Shown in pieces: positions 49,654 through 60,078 of a DNA stretch of 64,000 nt. The notes below the pieces were generated by a model. That model did no database searches, had not been told where the DNA came from, and worked only from the letters and a program-made list of their open reading frames with translations. Within the stretch, counting starts at the first letter, position 1, and each line of letters starts with the position of its first letter. The translations under genes and the position numbers were made by a program. The stretch is taken from NCBI GenBank assembly GCA_900318375.1, contig ONKG01000006.1:311-64310 (forward strand), in the 5' to 3' direction. The DNA is from an uncultured Lachnospiraceae bacterium (lineage in GTDB: Bacteria > Bacillota > Clostridia > Lachnospirales > Lachnospiraceae).

Positions 49654-52554
49654 TCAGTCAGCCGACTGAAGTGACGGCTCCTTTCTGCGGGCGCCGAGAC
49701 CGTCATAAGTATTGAACTCCACGCTGTCCGCAACCACAGAATGCTCATTGTCGTAGATCACAAAATTCAATCCTATACGCTGGACCGCATATTCAATATT
49801 GTTGATTTTCACCGAGCAGGTCAGATATCTTCCGGCACCTCCGCCGGCCCCGGAAAGACCGCCCTGACTGATGACGGAATACCGGACCCCGTCCGGCAGA
49901 GTCCCCGTGCAGCTCAGTTCCTTTTCACTGATCTCTTCACGCTTCTCTTGCCCCGGGATCAGGATGCAGTAGTAGCTCCAGCGATAGTGGCCCGGAAGCA
50001 CTTCCTCCAGCCCCAGTTCTGCCAGTTCTTTCTGCAGGTCCGAAGTGATCTCCCTGGTCGCGTCGTCGCGGACAGTCACAAATATGCTGTACTGGCGGTT
50101 TCTCTGCAGAAGGTCCAGATACTCATAAATATCGTCTGTGCGCAGAGTCAGGTCACCTGTCATGCGGCCGACCTCATACCGTCTCCCCGACTTTCCGTTT
50201 GCGTAAATATTGACATTGCAGGATTTCAGGTTGATACCCTTAAGCGAAAGATCCTCTGCACTTTCTCCCTCTTCTCCTGCCGCATCAGAGCCGCCCGGGA
50301 CAGCGTCCTCGCTCTCCTCGGCATATTCCGCGCCGTTCTCTTTAATAGCTTTCCGCTCTGCGTTTGAGTTTTCCTCCGCGTCTCCGTCTCCGGTTCCTTC
50401 TGTCATGATGTCTCCGTCTTGGGTTCCTTCTGTCACAAGGTCTCCGTCCCCGGTTTCTTCTGACACAAGGTCTCCGTCCCCGGTTCCTTCTGTCACAAGG
50501 TCTCCGGTTTCGTCTCCTTCTGACACAATATCTCCGGACCCGGCTCTATCTTCGGCAATATCTCCAGTTCCGTCTTCCACAAGGTCTTCGGATCCGGCAT
50601 CACCGGTCTCCTCGCCGGTCTCTTCGTCTGTTTCCTCCCTGTCCTCCTTTTCATCCTCATCTGTCCCGACAGATTCTCCGGGGAGCGCATATCCGGACAG
50701 AGCAGTCGTGTAGTAGTTCTTTTTCTCCTGGCTCATCTTCTGTTTGACCACTTTGTCCGGGTTGTCATTGTCCCAGGCTTCCACTTCCACGGAAGTGATC
50801 TTTTCATGAATATTCTTGAAATCATGGACAGCCAGCGACAGACTGCCGTTTTCTTCATCAAGTTCCGTGATCTCAATCTGCGCGGACGGAGCAAGGCCCT
50901 GTGCCCGCAGCAGGTCCTCATCATAGAGGTTGATATTGGCCAGTTTCTGCATGAAAGAGCTCTTCTTGCTCAGGAGACTGGAAAACTCCTCCATGCCATA
51001 GGTCTCAAAAAGTGTATCTTTTGTGCCGTACAGGTTGGTACCCAGGCCGAGACGGTCGCCTTCGATCGTGACGCCCATGGCTGCCAGTGTGGTCGGCAGA
51101 TTATCCAGCGTCGTGTATTCACGCACCCTGGATGGATCCGCGGGCTCACAGGCGGAATTGATATAGGCCGTATAGGTCCTGCGGTCATAGGAAGAAGGGA
51201 CATTGATACAGAAATCGCTGTCCATTGTCAGGTGATCGCCGCTCAGGACGATCGTCGTATTCTCATAGAAATCCTGCTCCTGGATCCAGCGGATGAACTG
51301 ATTCACCTGACGGCTGGAACAGGCAAAGGAATTTGCGTACTGATTGCCTTCAAAATCATCCCTGCACAGGCTGCAGCGATATCCATCCTCAAAATGCGTA
51401 TCGACAGTGAGCATGGAGAAATTGAAAGGCTCCTCCTGTTTTGAGAGCTCCAGTACCTTTTCCTTGGCATAGGAAAAGAGCTTTTCGTCCTCATATCCCC
51501 AGAAGACATAGTAATCCATGGGCAGCAGCCCCTGCTCGATCGCCCACTTATAGTCACAGATCTCATATTCTCCGTGCTCTGTCAGATAAAGTCTGCGCCC
51601 GCCGAATGTGGCGTCGGACCCCATCATAAAAGCCTGATTATATCCCTCTCCTTCCAGGATATCCCCGAGGGTCGTCACGCCGGAAAAGAAGGAATCCTGC
51701 GTATTCATCTTGTTGAAGGAGCCGCGGGCATCCGTAAACTCCTCCCCAAGGTCCATCTTGAGAGGAAGACCCGTGGACTGAGAAAAAATACCCGCCATGG
51801 TATAGGTGGATCCGGGCATGACATGCCCGCCGTTCAGCATCCCTGTATCACCGCTGAAATCATCGCCCTCCATGGCCAGTTCTGTAAGTTCCGGGATCAC
51901 ATTGTCCGGGAAAGCTCCCCCGCTCTGTTCATCCGAAAAAGTAATTTCCATGGATTCCAGATAGATATAGATCAGATTTCTCTTTTTTTCCGGGAAAGTG
52001 ATCGCCGTCTTCTGGGGATCGACGTAATTATCCTCGATAAAAGTGGAATCCTGCATCTGGTTTTTCACATAGTTGATCACATCAAGCTTGACAGTGCCCA
52101 CGACCAGAGTGATGACCAGCGCAAGCGAAGCACCGACAAGGGTTCGCTTTACAAAAAGACCGCGCGCTTTCGGTGCTTTCCTCGTGTGAACGATCATGGA
52201 AAAGATACACAGCATGATCAGTATGGAGGGAAGAATACATCTGGAGACATATTTTTCCATCATGCCGCCTCCGGTTCCCTCCAGAGGTGCCTGCAGGTGA
52301 TAGATGATCTCATCCATCTTCAGTCCTGCCCAGGTCGTAAAAGCCCAGAACTCACTGAAAAAAAGCACCGCGGAAATCGTGGCGGTCAGCACGGCAAGAC
52401 CTGCAAAAAACTTTGTCTGGGAACGCGGTCTTCTGCGGGTCTTCTTTTTCTTACTCTTTTTTACACTCTTTTCTTTTTCCCCGGTCTCCTGACTTACAGC
52501 TGCTTCCCCGGCTTCCCTGACTTCCTTATCTTTCTTTTCTTTTTTCTCCGGCAT
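49654..52554 (-). CDS. LTA synthase / sulfatase-family membrane protein with acidic repeat linker and extra C-terminal domain
   Basis: NLIYIYLESME, LTVDTH, LSGDHLTM; N-terminal TM helices; ATG 52554 has an AGGA RBS (alternative GTG 52581). Confidence 0.85.
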   Translation of the reverse strand: MPEKKEKKDKEVREAGEAAVSQETGEKEKSVKKSKKKKTRRRPRSQTKFFAGLAVLTATISAVLFFSEFWAFTTWAGLKMDEIIYHLQAPLEGTGGGMMEKYVSRCILPSILIMLCIFSMIVHTRKAPKARGLFVKRTLVGASLALVITLVVGTVKLDVINYVKNQMQDSTFIEDNYVDPQKTAITFPEKKRNLIYIYLESMEITFSDEQSGGAFPDNVIPELTELAMEGDDFSGDTGMLNGGHVMPGSTYTMAGIFSQSTGLPLKMDLGEEFTDARGSFNKMNTQDSFFSGVTTLGDILEGEGYNQAFMMGSDATFGGRRLYLTEHGEYEICDYKWAIEQGLLPMDYYVFWGYEDEKLFSYAKEKVLELSKQEEPFNFSMLTVDTHFEDGYRCSLCRDDFEGNQYANSFACSSRQVNQFIRWIQEQDFYENTTIVLSGDHLTMDSDFCINVPSSYDRRTYTAYINSACEPADPSRVREYTTLDNLPTTLAAMGVTIEGDRLGLGTNLYGTKDTLFETYGMEEFSSLLSKKSSFMQKLANINLYDEDLLRAQGLAPSAQIEITELDEENGSLSLAVHDFKNIHEKITSVEVEAWDNDNPDKVVKQKMSQEKKNYYTTALSGYALPGESVGTDEDEKEDREETDEETGEETGDAGSEDLVEDGTGDIAEDRAGSGDIVSEGDETGDLVTEGTGDGDLVSEETGDGDLVTEGTQDGDIMTEGTGDGDAEENSNAERKAIKENGAEYAEESEDAVPGGSDAAGEEGESAEDLSLKGINLKSCNVNIYANGKSGRRYEVGRMTGDLTLRTDDIYEYLDLLQRNRQYSIFVTVRDDATREITSDLQKELAELGLEEVLPGHYRWSYYCILIPGQEKREEISEKELSCTGTLPDGVRYSVISQGGLSGAGGGAGRYLTCSVKINNIEYAVQRIGLNFVIYDNEHSVVADSVEFNTYDGLGARRKEPSLQSAD
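50375..50600. repeat. In-frame 30-bp tandem repeat encoding (GDLVxEGTGD)n
   Basis: CTTCTG(T/A)CACAAGGTCTCCGTCCCCGGTT(C/T) units; about 7 degenerate 10-aa repeats. Confidence 0.85.
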
Positions 52555-52581
52555 CTCTTTTCCTTTGCGGCCGTATCCCAC

Positions 52582-52645
52582 GGCGTCTCAATATTACCGG
52601 CGCTCAATATTACCGGCGCTCAATATTACTGACTCAATTTTACTG
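52582..52645. repeat. Tandem repeat, 16-bp unit x3 plus a degenerate copy
   Basis: CTCAATATTACCGGCG repeated between the LTA gene start and the tRNA promoter. Confidence 0.85.
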
Positions 52646-52669
52646 ATGTCTGGGGACTTACATTTTCAC

Positions 52670-52697
52670 TTGCATTGTCTCATTTTTCTGATATAAT
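52670..52697 (+). promoter_or_regulatory. tRNA promoter
   Basis: TTGCAT-16nt-TATAAT with extended TGn. Confidence 0.7.
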
Positions 52698-52724
52698 ATT
52701 TTTTGTGCTCAGCACAATCCCTTT

Positions 52725-52795
52725 GCAGGTGTAGTTCATCGGTAGAATACCAGCTTCCCAAGCTGGGGAGACGGGTTCGATTCCCGCCACCTGCT
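52725..52795 (+). tRNA. tRNA-Gly (anticodon CCC), CCA not encoded
   Basis: Acceptor GCAGGTG/CACCTGC plus U discriminator; anticodon arm CCAGC-TTCCCAA-GCTGG; T loop GGTTCGATTCC. Confidence 0.93.
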
Positions 52796-52804
52796 TTTGC
52801 AGAC

Positions 52805-52841
52805 CGGCTGTTTTCCATAGACGGAAAACAGCCGTTTTTTT
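52805..52841 (+). terminator. Intrinsic terminator after tRNA-Gly
   Basis: CGGCTGTTTTCC-atagac-GGAAAACAGCCG-TTTTTTT. Confidence 0.85.
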
Positions 52842-52973
52842 GTCTAAAAGAGCCCAGCCGCGTCGATCGAACAGAGGAAATACGCAGCAATAACATCCGG
52901 GGCAGTAAGCAGCACATAGCTATAACTTTTCTGCTTATGGCTGTACTTATGTCTGTATAAGCAGTAACAGTGC

Positions 52974-53444
52974 TTATAATTTCAACTGTTCGCGGTACTC
53001 CCGCTCTGTCTCACGACGGATCGCCTTCTTGCGGAGATCATCCCGCTTGTCATATAATTTTTTGCCCCTTGCAAGACCGATCTCAACCTTGACCAGTCCC
53101 TTTTTGAAATAGACCTGAAGAGGCATTATGGTATAGCCCTTGGTCTGGACCTGACCCTGCAGGCGCAGAATCTCGCTCTTGTGCAGCAGAAGGCGGCGCC
53201 TCCTGAGCGGTTCGCGGTTGAATATATTGCCTTTTTCATAAGGGCTTATATTCATTCCCTCTATATAGGCTTCTCCGCCGCTCACAGTGACATAGGCCTC
53301 CTTGATGCTGCATTTTCCCATTCTGATCGACTTCACTTCCGTCCCGAAAAGTTCAATGCCGCACTCATATTTTTCTTCAATAAAATAATCGTGGTAGGCC
53401 TTTTTGTTGTTGGCCACCAGCTTATAGGATTTTTGATCTGCCAT
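52974..53444 (-). CDS. smpB: SsrA-binding protein
   Basis: NKKAYHDY, GTEVKSIR, LLLHKSEI, GKKLYDKR; start at ATG 53444. Confidence 0.96.
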   Translation of the reverse strand: MADQKSYKLVANNKKAYHDYFIEEKYECGIELFGTEVKSIRMGKCSIKEAYVTVSGGEAYIEGMNISPYEKGNIFNREPLRRRRLLLHKSEILRLQGQVQTKGYTIMPLQVYFKKGLVKVEIGLARGKKLYDKRDDLRKKAIRRETEREYREQLKL

Positions 53445-53778
53445 TTTGACGGCCTCCCCCGGGTATGCCCCGCTGTATAATAAGAAATAAAAACGGGGTA
53501 GAGACAGCCCTGCCGCCCTCTGCCCCCGGACCGGCCCGTGTCCGCCGTAAGGCGGCACATTTCATTACACCGGCCGTGTCATAATACAAACGGCACCCTC
53601 CCGGGTGCCGCATCAGTCACACAGTCTGAAACAGGGCTGCAGAGCCTGTACAATACTCTTTTCTCCTCAGACAGCCGACCGCCGTCCGCATGCCCGTTCC
53701 CATGCAGTCAGGCGCAGCACATTGATCCGGCAGATTCCTTCCGTCCGGAACAGTCCTGTGCAAATGCATGAGAAAAAA

Positions 53779-54021
53779 TCAGAACAGATGCATGTTGAGC
53801 AGAATAGCAAGCACAAAAAAGGCTACGACAAGGCCTGTTGTGAACTTGACGAGAAAGCCCTCCATGGTCCTTCCCTTGTTTTTGCCCCAGTAAGTATCGC
53901 TGTTGCCGCCGGCAATGGCGCCCAGTCCCTGAGATTTACCTTCCTGCATAAGGATGATGATCGTCATGATCACGCAGATGATAATCATGACCAGTGTCAG
54001 TATGACTCGTATAACGTTCAT
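53779..54021 (-). CDS. secG: Preprotein translocase subunit SecG
   Basis: Two TM helices, ILMQEGKSQGLGAIAGG...WGKNKGR. Confidence 0.92.
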   Translation of the reverse strand: MNVIRVILTLVMIIICVIMTIIILMQEGKSQGLGAIAGGNSDTYWGKNKGRTMEGFLVKFTTGLVVAFFVLAILLNMHLF

Positions 54022-54284
54022 TTGTATGTCCTTTCTCCACTGCCGCCGCTGTTTCGGTCCCTGTCGGGAGAACAGTGAATATCATTCCAGTGTCAAACAT
54101 TAGAATATTATCACACACCGGCTGCGCATGCAAGAAAATTTTCAATCTTTTCCTATCTTTTCACTTCAGTTCTTTTCAAGATTGGCCTTTTCGATACTAT
54201 TGCAGCCCTTACGGTCTTCCCGAAAAGCCGCGGGGTCTGCAGGCCAGTCTGGGATCACAGCTGTGTCCGTACGTGATACCGGGA

Positions 54285-55871
54285 TCAGTATTCACCGTAC
54301 CAGTTGTCCAGGATGATTTTTGCGATGGGAACCGCCCTGTCACTCCCGACTCCTCCGTTTTCAATGAGGACTGTGATGCACAGATCCGGCTCTCCTTCTT
54401 CTCCCTTGTCGGCGCCGACCGCAAATCCGGTGAACCAGGCATGGGAGTTTTCTTCGTCCTCATCCTCGCCGAATTCCGCCGTGCCGGTCTTGCCGAAAGC
54501 TGTATAGGCAGTGGTGCCGTTAAATTCACTGGCCGTTCCCCATACATCACTGCCGTTATCGGCATTATAGGTCACCCTGGTGACTCCGCGCATGAGTCTG
54601 CGGACATAATCCGCAGTTTCCTCATCCATGAGATCCGCAACTTCTGTCCCCTCATACTGACGCAGCAGCTTTCCCTCTGCATTGCAGACATTGTCGACCA
54701 GGTAGGGACGCATCAGTGTTCCCCTGTTGGCCACCGCCATGGTGATCATATTCATATGCAGAGGAGAGACCTCTGTTTTGCCCTGTCCGATCGCGACCTG
54801 CATCAGGTTGTGGGCGCTGATGTTGTCATCCTCCAGAAGCTGGGAACGGCTCACACTGCTGGGAAGGTCATAGGGAAGTTCTTCATTGAACATCAGTCTC
54901 TTCAAAGTCTTCCTGAACCTGGTCAGATCCAGGTCCTCCGAGACGATCTTTGCAAAGGCACTGTTGCAGGAATGGGCAAAGGCCTGCTCAAGATTCTGTT
55001 CGTGATGATGTTCATAATCAAAACAGTGGATACTGTCATCCCCGTTCTCATAGATGCCGTCCTCACAGTTGAAGGAGAAGGTCGTGAAACGGGAGGGGTC
55101 CTCCTGAAGAAACTCTATGGAATCCACGATCTTAAAGGTTGATCCGGGAGGATAAAGACCCTGTGTGACACGGTTGACAAGCACGGCATCACCGTCCTCC
55201 TGCTTTCTCAGTCCTTCCCACAAAATCGCGATTTCATTCGGATCATAATCCGGTTTGGACACCATCGCCAGGATCTTTCCCGTCGACGGTTCCGTGACGA
55301 TCACGGCGCCCCGGGAATCCCCGAGCGCGGAATACACGATCTCCTGCATCCTGACATTGAGGGTCGTCGTCACATCATTGCCCGGATACTTTCTCTCGCT
55401 CTTATCGCATTCAAGTTTGCTCTCAAACGGAATGTCGGAGTGAAGAAGTTCATATTTCATATATTCCTCGAGGCCGCTCCCGCCCAGGATCGAGTAACCG
55501 ACCACATGGCAGAACTCCTCACTATAGGGATAGAAACGATTGTTGTCTTCATCCGAATAAGCCAGCTCCTCCCCGTCCGCGGACAGGATCCGGCCTCTTT
55601 TGTTGTGCTCCTCTAAAAGGGCATCTCTTTTATTGTAGTCGTTGTCAAAGAGCTCCCGCCTGTTTTTGATCGCGTAGCTGCAGAAATAGGCTGACATCAC
55701 GGAAAAGAGCACGATAAACAGGACCGCCGTAAAGACGATCTGATGCCGCGCCTTTTTCCTGACGCTCTCCACAATGACTTCGTTTCCGCCGTCTGCGCCG
55801 GAGTGCTTCTTTGCGGAATCCGGAATCCGGATCCCTCCCTCTTCCGCAGACTGCATCCTCTTTTTCCACAT
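54285..55871 (-). CDS. Class B penicillin-binding transpeptidase (PbpA-like)
   Basis: PPGSTFK (SxxK), SCN (SxN), KTGTAE; paired with a SEDS gene. Confidence 0.92.
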   Translation of the reverse strand: MWKKRMQSAEEGGIRIPDSAKKHSGADGGNEVIVESVRKKARHQIVFTAVLFIVLFSVMSAYFCSYAIKNRRELFDNDYNKRDALLEEHNKRGRILSADGEELAYSDEDNNRFYPYSEEFCHVVGYSILGGSGLEEYMKYELLHSDIPFESKLECDKSERKYPGNDVTTTLNVRMQEIVYSALGDSRGAVIVTEPSTGKILAMVSKPDYDPNEIAILWEGLRKQEDGDAVLVNRVTQGLYPPGSTFKIVDSIEFLQEDPSRFTTFSFNCEDGIYENGDDSIHCFDYEHHHEQNLEQAFAHSCNSAFAKIVSEDLDLTRFRKTLKRLMFNEELPYDLPSSVSRSQLLEDDNISAHNLMQVAIGQGKTEVSPLHMNMITMAVANRGTLMRPYLVDNVCNAEGKLLRQYEGTEVADLMDEETADYVRRLMRGVTRVTYNADNGSDVWGTASEFNGTTAYTAFGKTGTAEFGEDEDEENSHAWFTGFAVGADKGEEGEPDLCITVLIENGGVGSDRAVPIAKIILDNWYGEY

Positions 55872-55892
55872 ATATCTCTCCTACACCTGATC

Positions 55893-57500
55893 TCAGCGCC
55901 TTCCGTCCAGATCCTGTCCCTGATAAAAGGCACCTGAGCCGGGCGATATGCCGCCGGACGGATAGTCGCCGCTGTCAAAGATTCCTTCTTCGGAAACACC
56001 GTTGACCGGAAAATTCTCAGGCAGCTCCACAGTACTGCCGGGAGCGCCCGCGTAATTGTCGGATCCGCCCCCGTATATTCCCGATCCCGGAACACCCGCG
56101 TAGCCGTCCGCGCCTGCTCCGAAATGTTCCTGATCATAGCGTTCTTTAAACCAGGCTGTGCGCTCATCATGCAGGATAAAGATCATCTCGATCAAGCCGA
56201 ACATGATCAGTGTGGAAAGCACAGAACTGCCGCCATAGCTGACAAGAGGCAGTGTCACACCTGTCAGAGGGATAAACTTGGTCTCTCCGCCGACAGTCAG
56301 GAAGGTCTGGAAAATATAGCAGACTGCCGCTCCGTAGGTAAAGAGCTGGAAGAAACGGTTGGAATAGCCCGCGGACAGTATGAGGATCCGCAAAAAGGTG
56401 TTGATGCACAGGAAGAGCAGGACCACTGCAAAGATCATTCCCATCTCCTCTGTGATCGCCGCAAAAATGAAATCCGATTCCACAAAGGGAATCTTGGTCG
56501 GCGCGCCCTGGGTGAGGCCTGCGCCCCAGAGACCGCCGTAGCTGATCGCGAACAGAGAGTGGGCGATCTGAAATCCCGAGCCGTCAATCACGGAGAAGGG
56601 ATCCTGCCAGATCTGGACACGGACACGGACGTGGTCAAAGAGAAGATAGCCGGCCAATGCCCCGATGATGCCGAGAGCCGCGCCGCCGGTGATTATTTTC
56701 CACTTCCCGGTCGCCAGGAACATCATCATCAGATAGACGGTAAAAAAGATCAGCGCGCTCCCCAGGTCTCTGGAAAGCACGAGGATTCCGACATGGGCGA
56801 TAGCCAGAATCGTGACAAAGCCCGTCTTGGGGGCCGATACTTCACCGCTCATCATGCCCGCCAGCATCATAATATAAAGTATTTTGACAAATTCCGAAGG
56901 CTGGAATGTAAATCCGGCGATGGTATAGGTGATCTGAGCGCCGTTGGTCGCCGCGCTCAGAAGAAGGACTCCTGCCAGGGCAGCAATTCCGACAGCTCCG
57001 AAAATAAAGCCCAGATGCCGCATGGCATCAAAAAAGCGGCGGAAAAACGGAATCGCCAGCATGAACATCATTCCGAAAGAGGCCATTACAAACTGCTTGA
57101 TCGGCTCACCGGGCCGGTACTCGAGCGAGTTCATGGATCCGTAGTAGGCAATCCTCGAAATGATGACAAAACCGATCGAGAGCAGCATACAGATGTTGTT
57201 GAAGAACATCATGTCCGCCATCTCGTGCACGATCCTGTACAGGACCATAAAGGAGATCATGAACAGGATCTCCATCGCGCACAAAAGAAACAGCGTCCTG
57301 GCCGCCGCTCCCTTCGCAAGCCAGGCAATCGTCATATTCGCATTGACCAGAAAGGCGACAAGCAGCAGGCGCTGGATGATCTCCACCGCGCGGCGCAGAC
57401 GTCCCTGATGCATAGGAAGTCCCAGATACGCCAAAAGCGTAAAAAGGGCCAGAATGCCTGTATTCACATATTTTGAAAGAGAAACCGCATATGCATTCAT
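55893..57500 (-). CDS. FtsW/RodA/SpoVE family SEDS protein
   Basis: FQPSEFVK, RDLGSA, SDFIFAAITEEMG, PLTGVTLPLVSYGGSS. Confidence 0.93.
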   Translation of the reverse strand: MNAYAVSLSKYVNTGILALFTLLAYLGLPMHQGRLRRAVEIIQRLLLVAFLVNANMTIAWLAKGAAARTLFLLCAMEILFMISFMVLYRIVHEMADMMFFNNICMLLSIGFVIISRIAYYGSMNSLEYRPGEPIKQFVMASFGMMFMLAIPFFRRFFDAMRHLGFIFGAVGIAALAGVLLLSAATNGAQITYTIAGFTFQPSEFVKILYIMMLAGMMSGEVSAPKTGFVTILAIAHVGILVLSRDLGSALIFFTVYLMMMFLATGKWKIITGGAALGIIGALAGYLLFDHVRVRVQIWQDPFSVIDGSGFQIAHSLFAISYGGLWGAGLTQGAPTKIPFVESDFIFAAITEEMGMIFAVVLLFLCINTFLRILILSAGYSNRFFQLFTYGAAVCYIFQTFLTVGGETKFIPLTGVTLPLVSYGGSSVLSTLIMFGLIEMIFILHDERTAWFKERYDQEHFGAGADGYAGVPGSGIYGGGSDNYAGAPGSTVELPENFPVNGVSEEGIFDSGDYPSGGISPGSGAFYQGQDLDGRR

Positions 57501-57532
57501 AAAAAAATCAATCTTCCGGTGTCTGTATTCTT

Positions 57533-60073
57533 CTAAATGGCACCGGTCTTATAATGTCCGTTGGTAAATTGTTCGAAAGGGGGAGACGCCTGACTTCGGG
57601 CTTCCGCCGCGCGGCCGCCCCGGGTCTTTTTTCCTGTATTCTTCCCCTTGTTTTTTCCTGTCGCCCCGGCGTTTTTCCTGCCGGAAGCACTGGCGGAAAG
57701 ATTTTCCCTGTTCTTTTCAGCGGTCATCCCGGAAAAATTCCGCGGATGATCAGCCGCTGTCTGCCCCGGGCTCTGCAGCGAGCCGAAGAAGCGGAGGATC
57801 TTCCCGGTCTGCTCTGCGTCCTCTGTCGTAAACATACACAGATGAACGGAAACCTCTCTGTAGAGGCCCCGCCCTGCTGCCTGATGAAGGGACAGGGGAA
57901 CTGCATTATAAATGGTATTAGCGCAGATTGTACAGCGGCACCGCACAGGAAGCTGCATTCCGCGGCGGTCCTCCAGATACCAGAAACCGTCTTTTTTACT
58001 GCAGAGGTTTTCTGTCTTGCGGACACAGCCCGCGCTCTCCATCATGGGGATCCTGCCATAGACAGGCAGAATCATTTTCTTCATGACCGCGTCCTGTCCC
58101 TCCGCGTCCTCTCTGCCTGCAGCCCGGACTGCCTCCAGGATTCCGGTCTGATTCAGCTCGAGCGGACATACGACCCTGCCGCAATTCCTTAACAGGATGG
58201 ACAGAGAACGGCCGTTCCAGCCATAGAGGGAGGCATCGGCTATGATCTCTCCCTCATATCCTGTCTGCAGGACCAGAGAGAGCTCCTCCAGCGTCCTCAC
58301 CAAGATCCCTGAATAGCCTTTTTCGGGCGCGCTTAAAATGTCCTGTCTGATCCTGTCTCTGTAATTGACGCGGAAAACAGGCGGAAGGGCACAGATATAT
58401 CGTATTTTTTCAGGTACAATTTTACCTGTTTTTTCCAATTGTACACCCGAGATGTTTCCCTTTTGTGTTTTCTTTGCGGAAAAAACACCTGCCGGGGGAT
58501 CAAAATCGCCGTCGATCAGGATACAGGAACAGCCGGTCCGGGCCGCCGCATCCATCTGCTCTTCTGTCGAGACAACTGCCCAGAGCTCCTGACGGTTCCC
58601 GCTGTCCTGGTCCTCTGATGTGCTGTGCGCCGGTTCCCGGGGCGCCGGATCCGTTTTCACGGCAGACGCAGCCTCTGCTTTCTGAACCCTGCGGGACCTG
58701 GCGGCGCGCAGGATTTCTTCCTGCAGCAGCGAAAGCGCCTGGCGGCGCAGGGTGTTGACAGCGCTCACGGGCAGGAATATATTGTCATCCGCCTCGATCT
58801 CAAGGTCGGAAAAGGTAAACATTGTGTCACCGGTCCTGGAAAGACGGGCAAGAAGGTCCTCCCTTGTCAGAGGTCTCCCTGCCGCTGTCTGCACGACGGC
58901 GCCTGCTGCCTCCGCAGCCGCCTCCTCCTGGCCGGATTGTCCGGAAAGCATGACAGAAAGCCTTGCGGGCTCCCCGATCCGGAAAACGGCTTTCCCCCTG
59001 ACGGTGCGCGCGGGCAGTCTGCCCAGGTATTTCCTGCGGATCTCCTCCTCCAGGACAGCGTCAGTGCCGGCATAGCCCGGTTTTCCGATCGTCACCAGAT
59101 TTCTGCCGTTTGCGGTATGGTAATACCCTGTTCCCAGGTCCGTCCGTATATACAGACTCCTGAGTTTCTCCAGGTCATCTTTCTCCACCTTCCAGGGAGT
59201 CGGTCTGCCGGCCTCCGACCAGGCATAAAAGCGATCGACGTATTTTCGGTAAATCGCGGTAACACCGGCTGCATAGACCGGTTTTTTCATCCGCCCCTCG
59301 ATCTTAAAAGAGTCGATCCCCGCGTCGATCAGCTCGGGCAGGATCGAAAGGACACACATGTCCTTCATGGAGAGAGGATACACTTCTTTCCTGCGGGCAT
59401 CCGGACCGGCAGGCTTTCTTTTTTCATCAAGGATCCGGTAGGGAAGGCGGCAGGTACCTGCACAGCGGCCCCTGTTTCCGCTCCTGCCTCCCAGAAAACT
59501 GGACATCAGGCATCTGCCCGAATAGGAGTAGCACATTGCCCCATGGACAAAGGCCTCGATTTCAACGGGCTCGGAGTACATGGCCGCGTCCTCCGCCCTC
59601 AGAGTCTCGATCTCTGAGAGAGAGAGCTCACGCGCGGGCACGACACGGCTCACGCCCAGATCCCGCAGCAGTCTCACTGCGTCCCGGCTTGTCACAGAGA
59701 GCTGTGTGCTTGCGTGAAGAGGCAGACCGGGACATGCCTCATAAAGGGCCGCCAGGACACCCAGATCCTGCACGATCACACCGTCCAGCCCTGCCTCATC
59801 CAGCTGTCTCACAAAGGAGACAAGCTCCTGCATCTCATCCTCGCGGGTCAGCACATTTGCTGTCAGATAGACCTTTCTGTCCAGGACATGAGCCTCACCG
59901 ATCGACCGGATGATATCTTCCGTGGAAAAATTGTCCGCGTAAGCCCGGGCGCCGAATCGTTCGCCGCCCAGATAGACAGCGTCGGCGCCGGCGCTGAAGG
60001 CCCCGATCAATGCGTCTCTGCTGCCTGCAGGCGCAAGGACTTCGACTTTATGCGGGTTCGGGTATGATGTCAT
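57533..60073 (-). CDS. U32 family protein (RlhA-like RNA hydroxylation protein with long C-terminal region)
   Basis: EVLAPAG, GADAVY, HASTQ, FVHGAMCYSYSGRC...NRGRCAGTCR, FKIEGRMK. Confidence 0.88.
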   Translation of the reverse strand: MTSYPNPHKVEVLAPAGSRDALIGAFSAGADAVYLGGERFGARAYADNFSTEDIIRSIGEAHVLDRKVYLTANVLTREDEMQELVSFVRQLDEAGLDGVIVQDLGVLAALYEACPGLPLHASTQLSVTSRDAVRLLRDLGVSRVVPARELSLSEIETLRAEDAAMYSEPVEIEAFVHGAMCYSYSGRCLMSSFLGGRSGNRGRCAGTCRLPYRILDEKRKPAGPDARRKEVYPLSMKDMCVLSILPELIDAGIDSFKIEGRMKKPVYAAGVTAIYRKYVDRFYAWSEAGRPTPWKVEKDDLEKLRSLYIRTDLGTGYYHTANGRNLVTIGKPGYAGTDAVLEEEIRRKYLGRLPARTVRGKAVFRIGEPARLSVMLSGQSGQEEAAAEAAGAVVQTAAGRPLTREDLLARLSRTGDTMFTFSDLEIEADDNIFLPVSAVNTLRRQALSLLQEEILRAARSRRVQKAEAASAVKTDPAPREPAHSTSEDQDSGNRQELWAVVSTEEQMDAAARTGCSCILIDGDFDPPAGVFSAKKTQKGNISGVQLEKTGKIVPEKIRYICALPPVFRVNYRDRIRQDILSAPEKGYSGILVRTLEELSLVLQTGYEGEIIADASLYGWNGRSLSILLRNCGRVVCPLELNQTGILEAVRAAGREDAEGQDAVMKKMILPVYGRIPMMESAGCVRKTENLCSKKDGFWYLEDRRGMQLPVRCRCTICANTIYNAVPLSLHQAAGRGLYREVSVHLCMFTTEDAEQTGKILRFFGSLQSPGQTAADHPRNFSGMTAEKNRENLSASASGRKNAGATGKNKGKNTGKKTRGGRAAEARSQASPPFEQFTNGHYKTGAI

Positions 60074-60078
60074 GAAAA

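Noticed and set aside
52769-52787. tRNA-Gly as a pseudogene because of an A-C mismatch at the base of the T stem
   Set aside because: All other arms, the discriminator, the promoter and the terminator are intact; a single mismatch is tolerated.
38887-52795. Genomic island integrated at tRNA-Gly
   Set aside because: No integrase, no duplicated tRNA 3' end seen and no obvious compositional shift; the block lies 5' of the tRNA.
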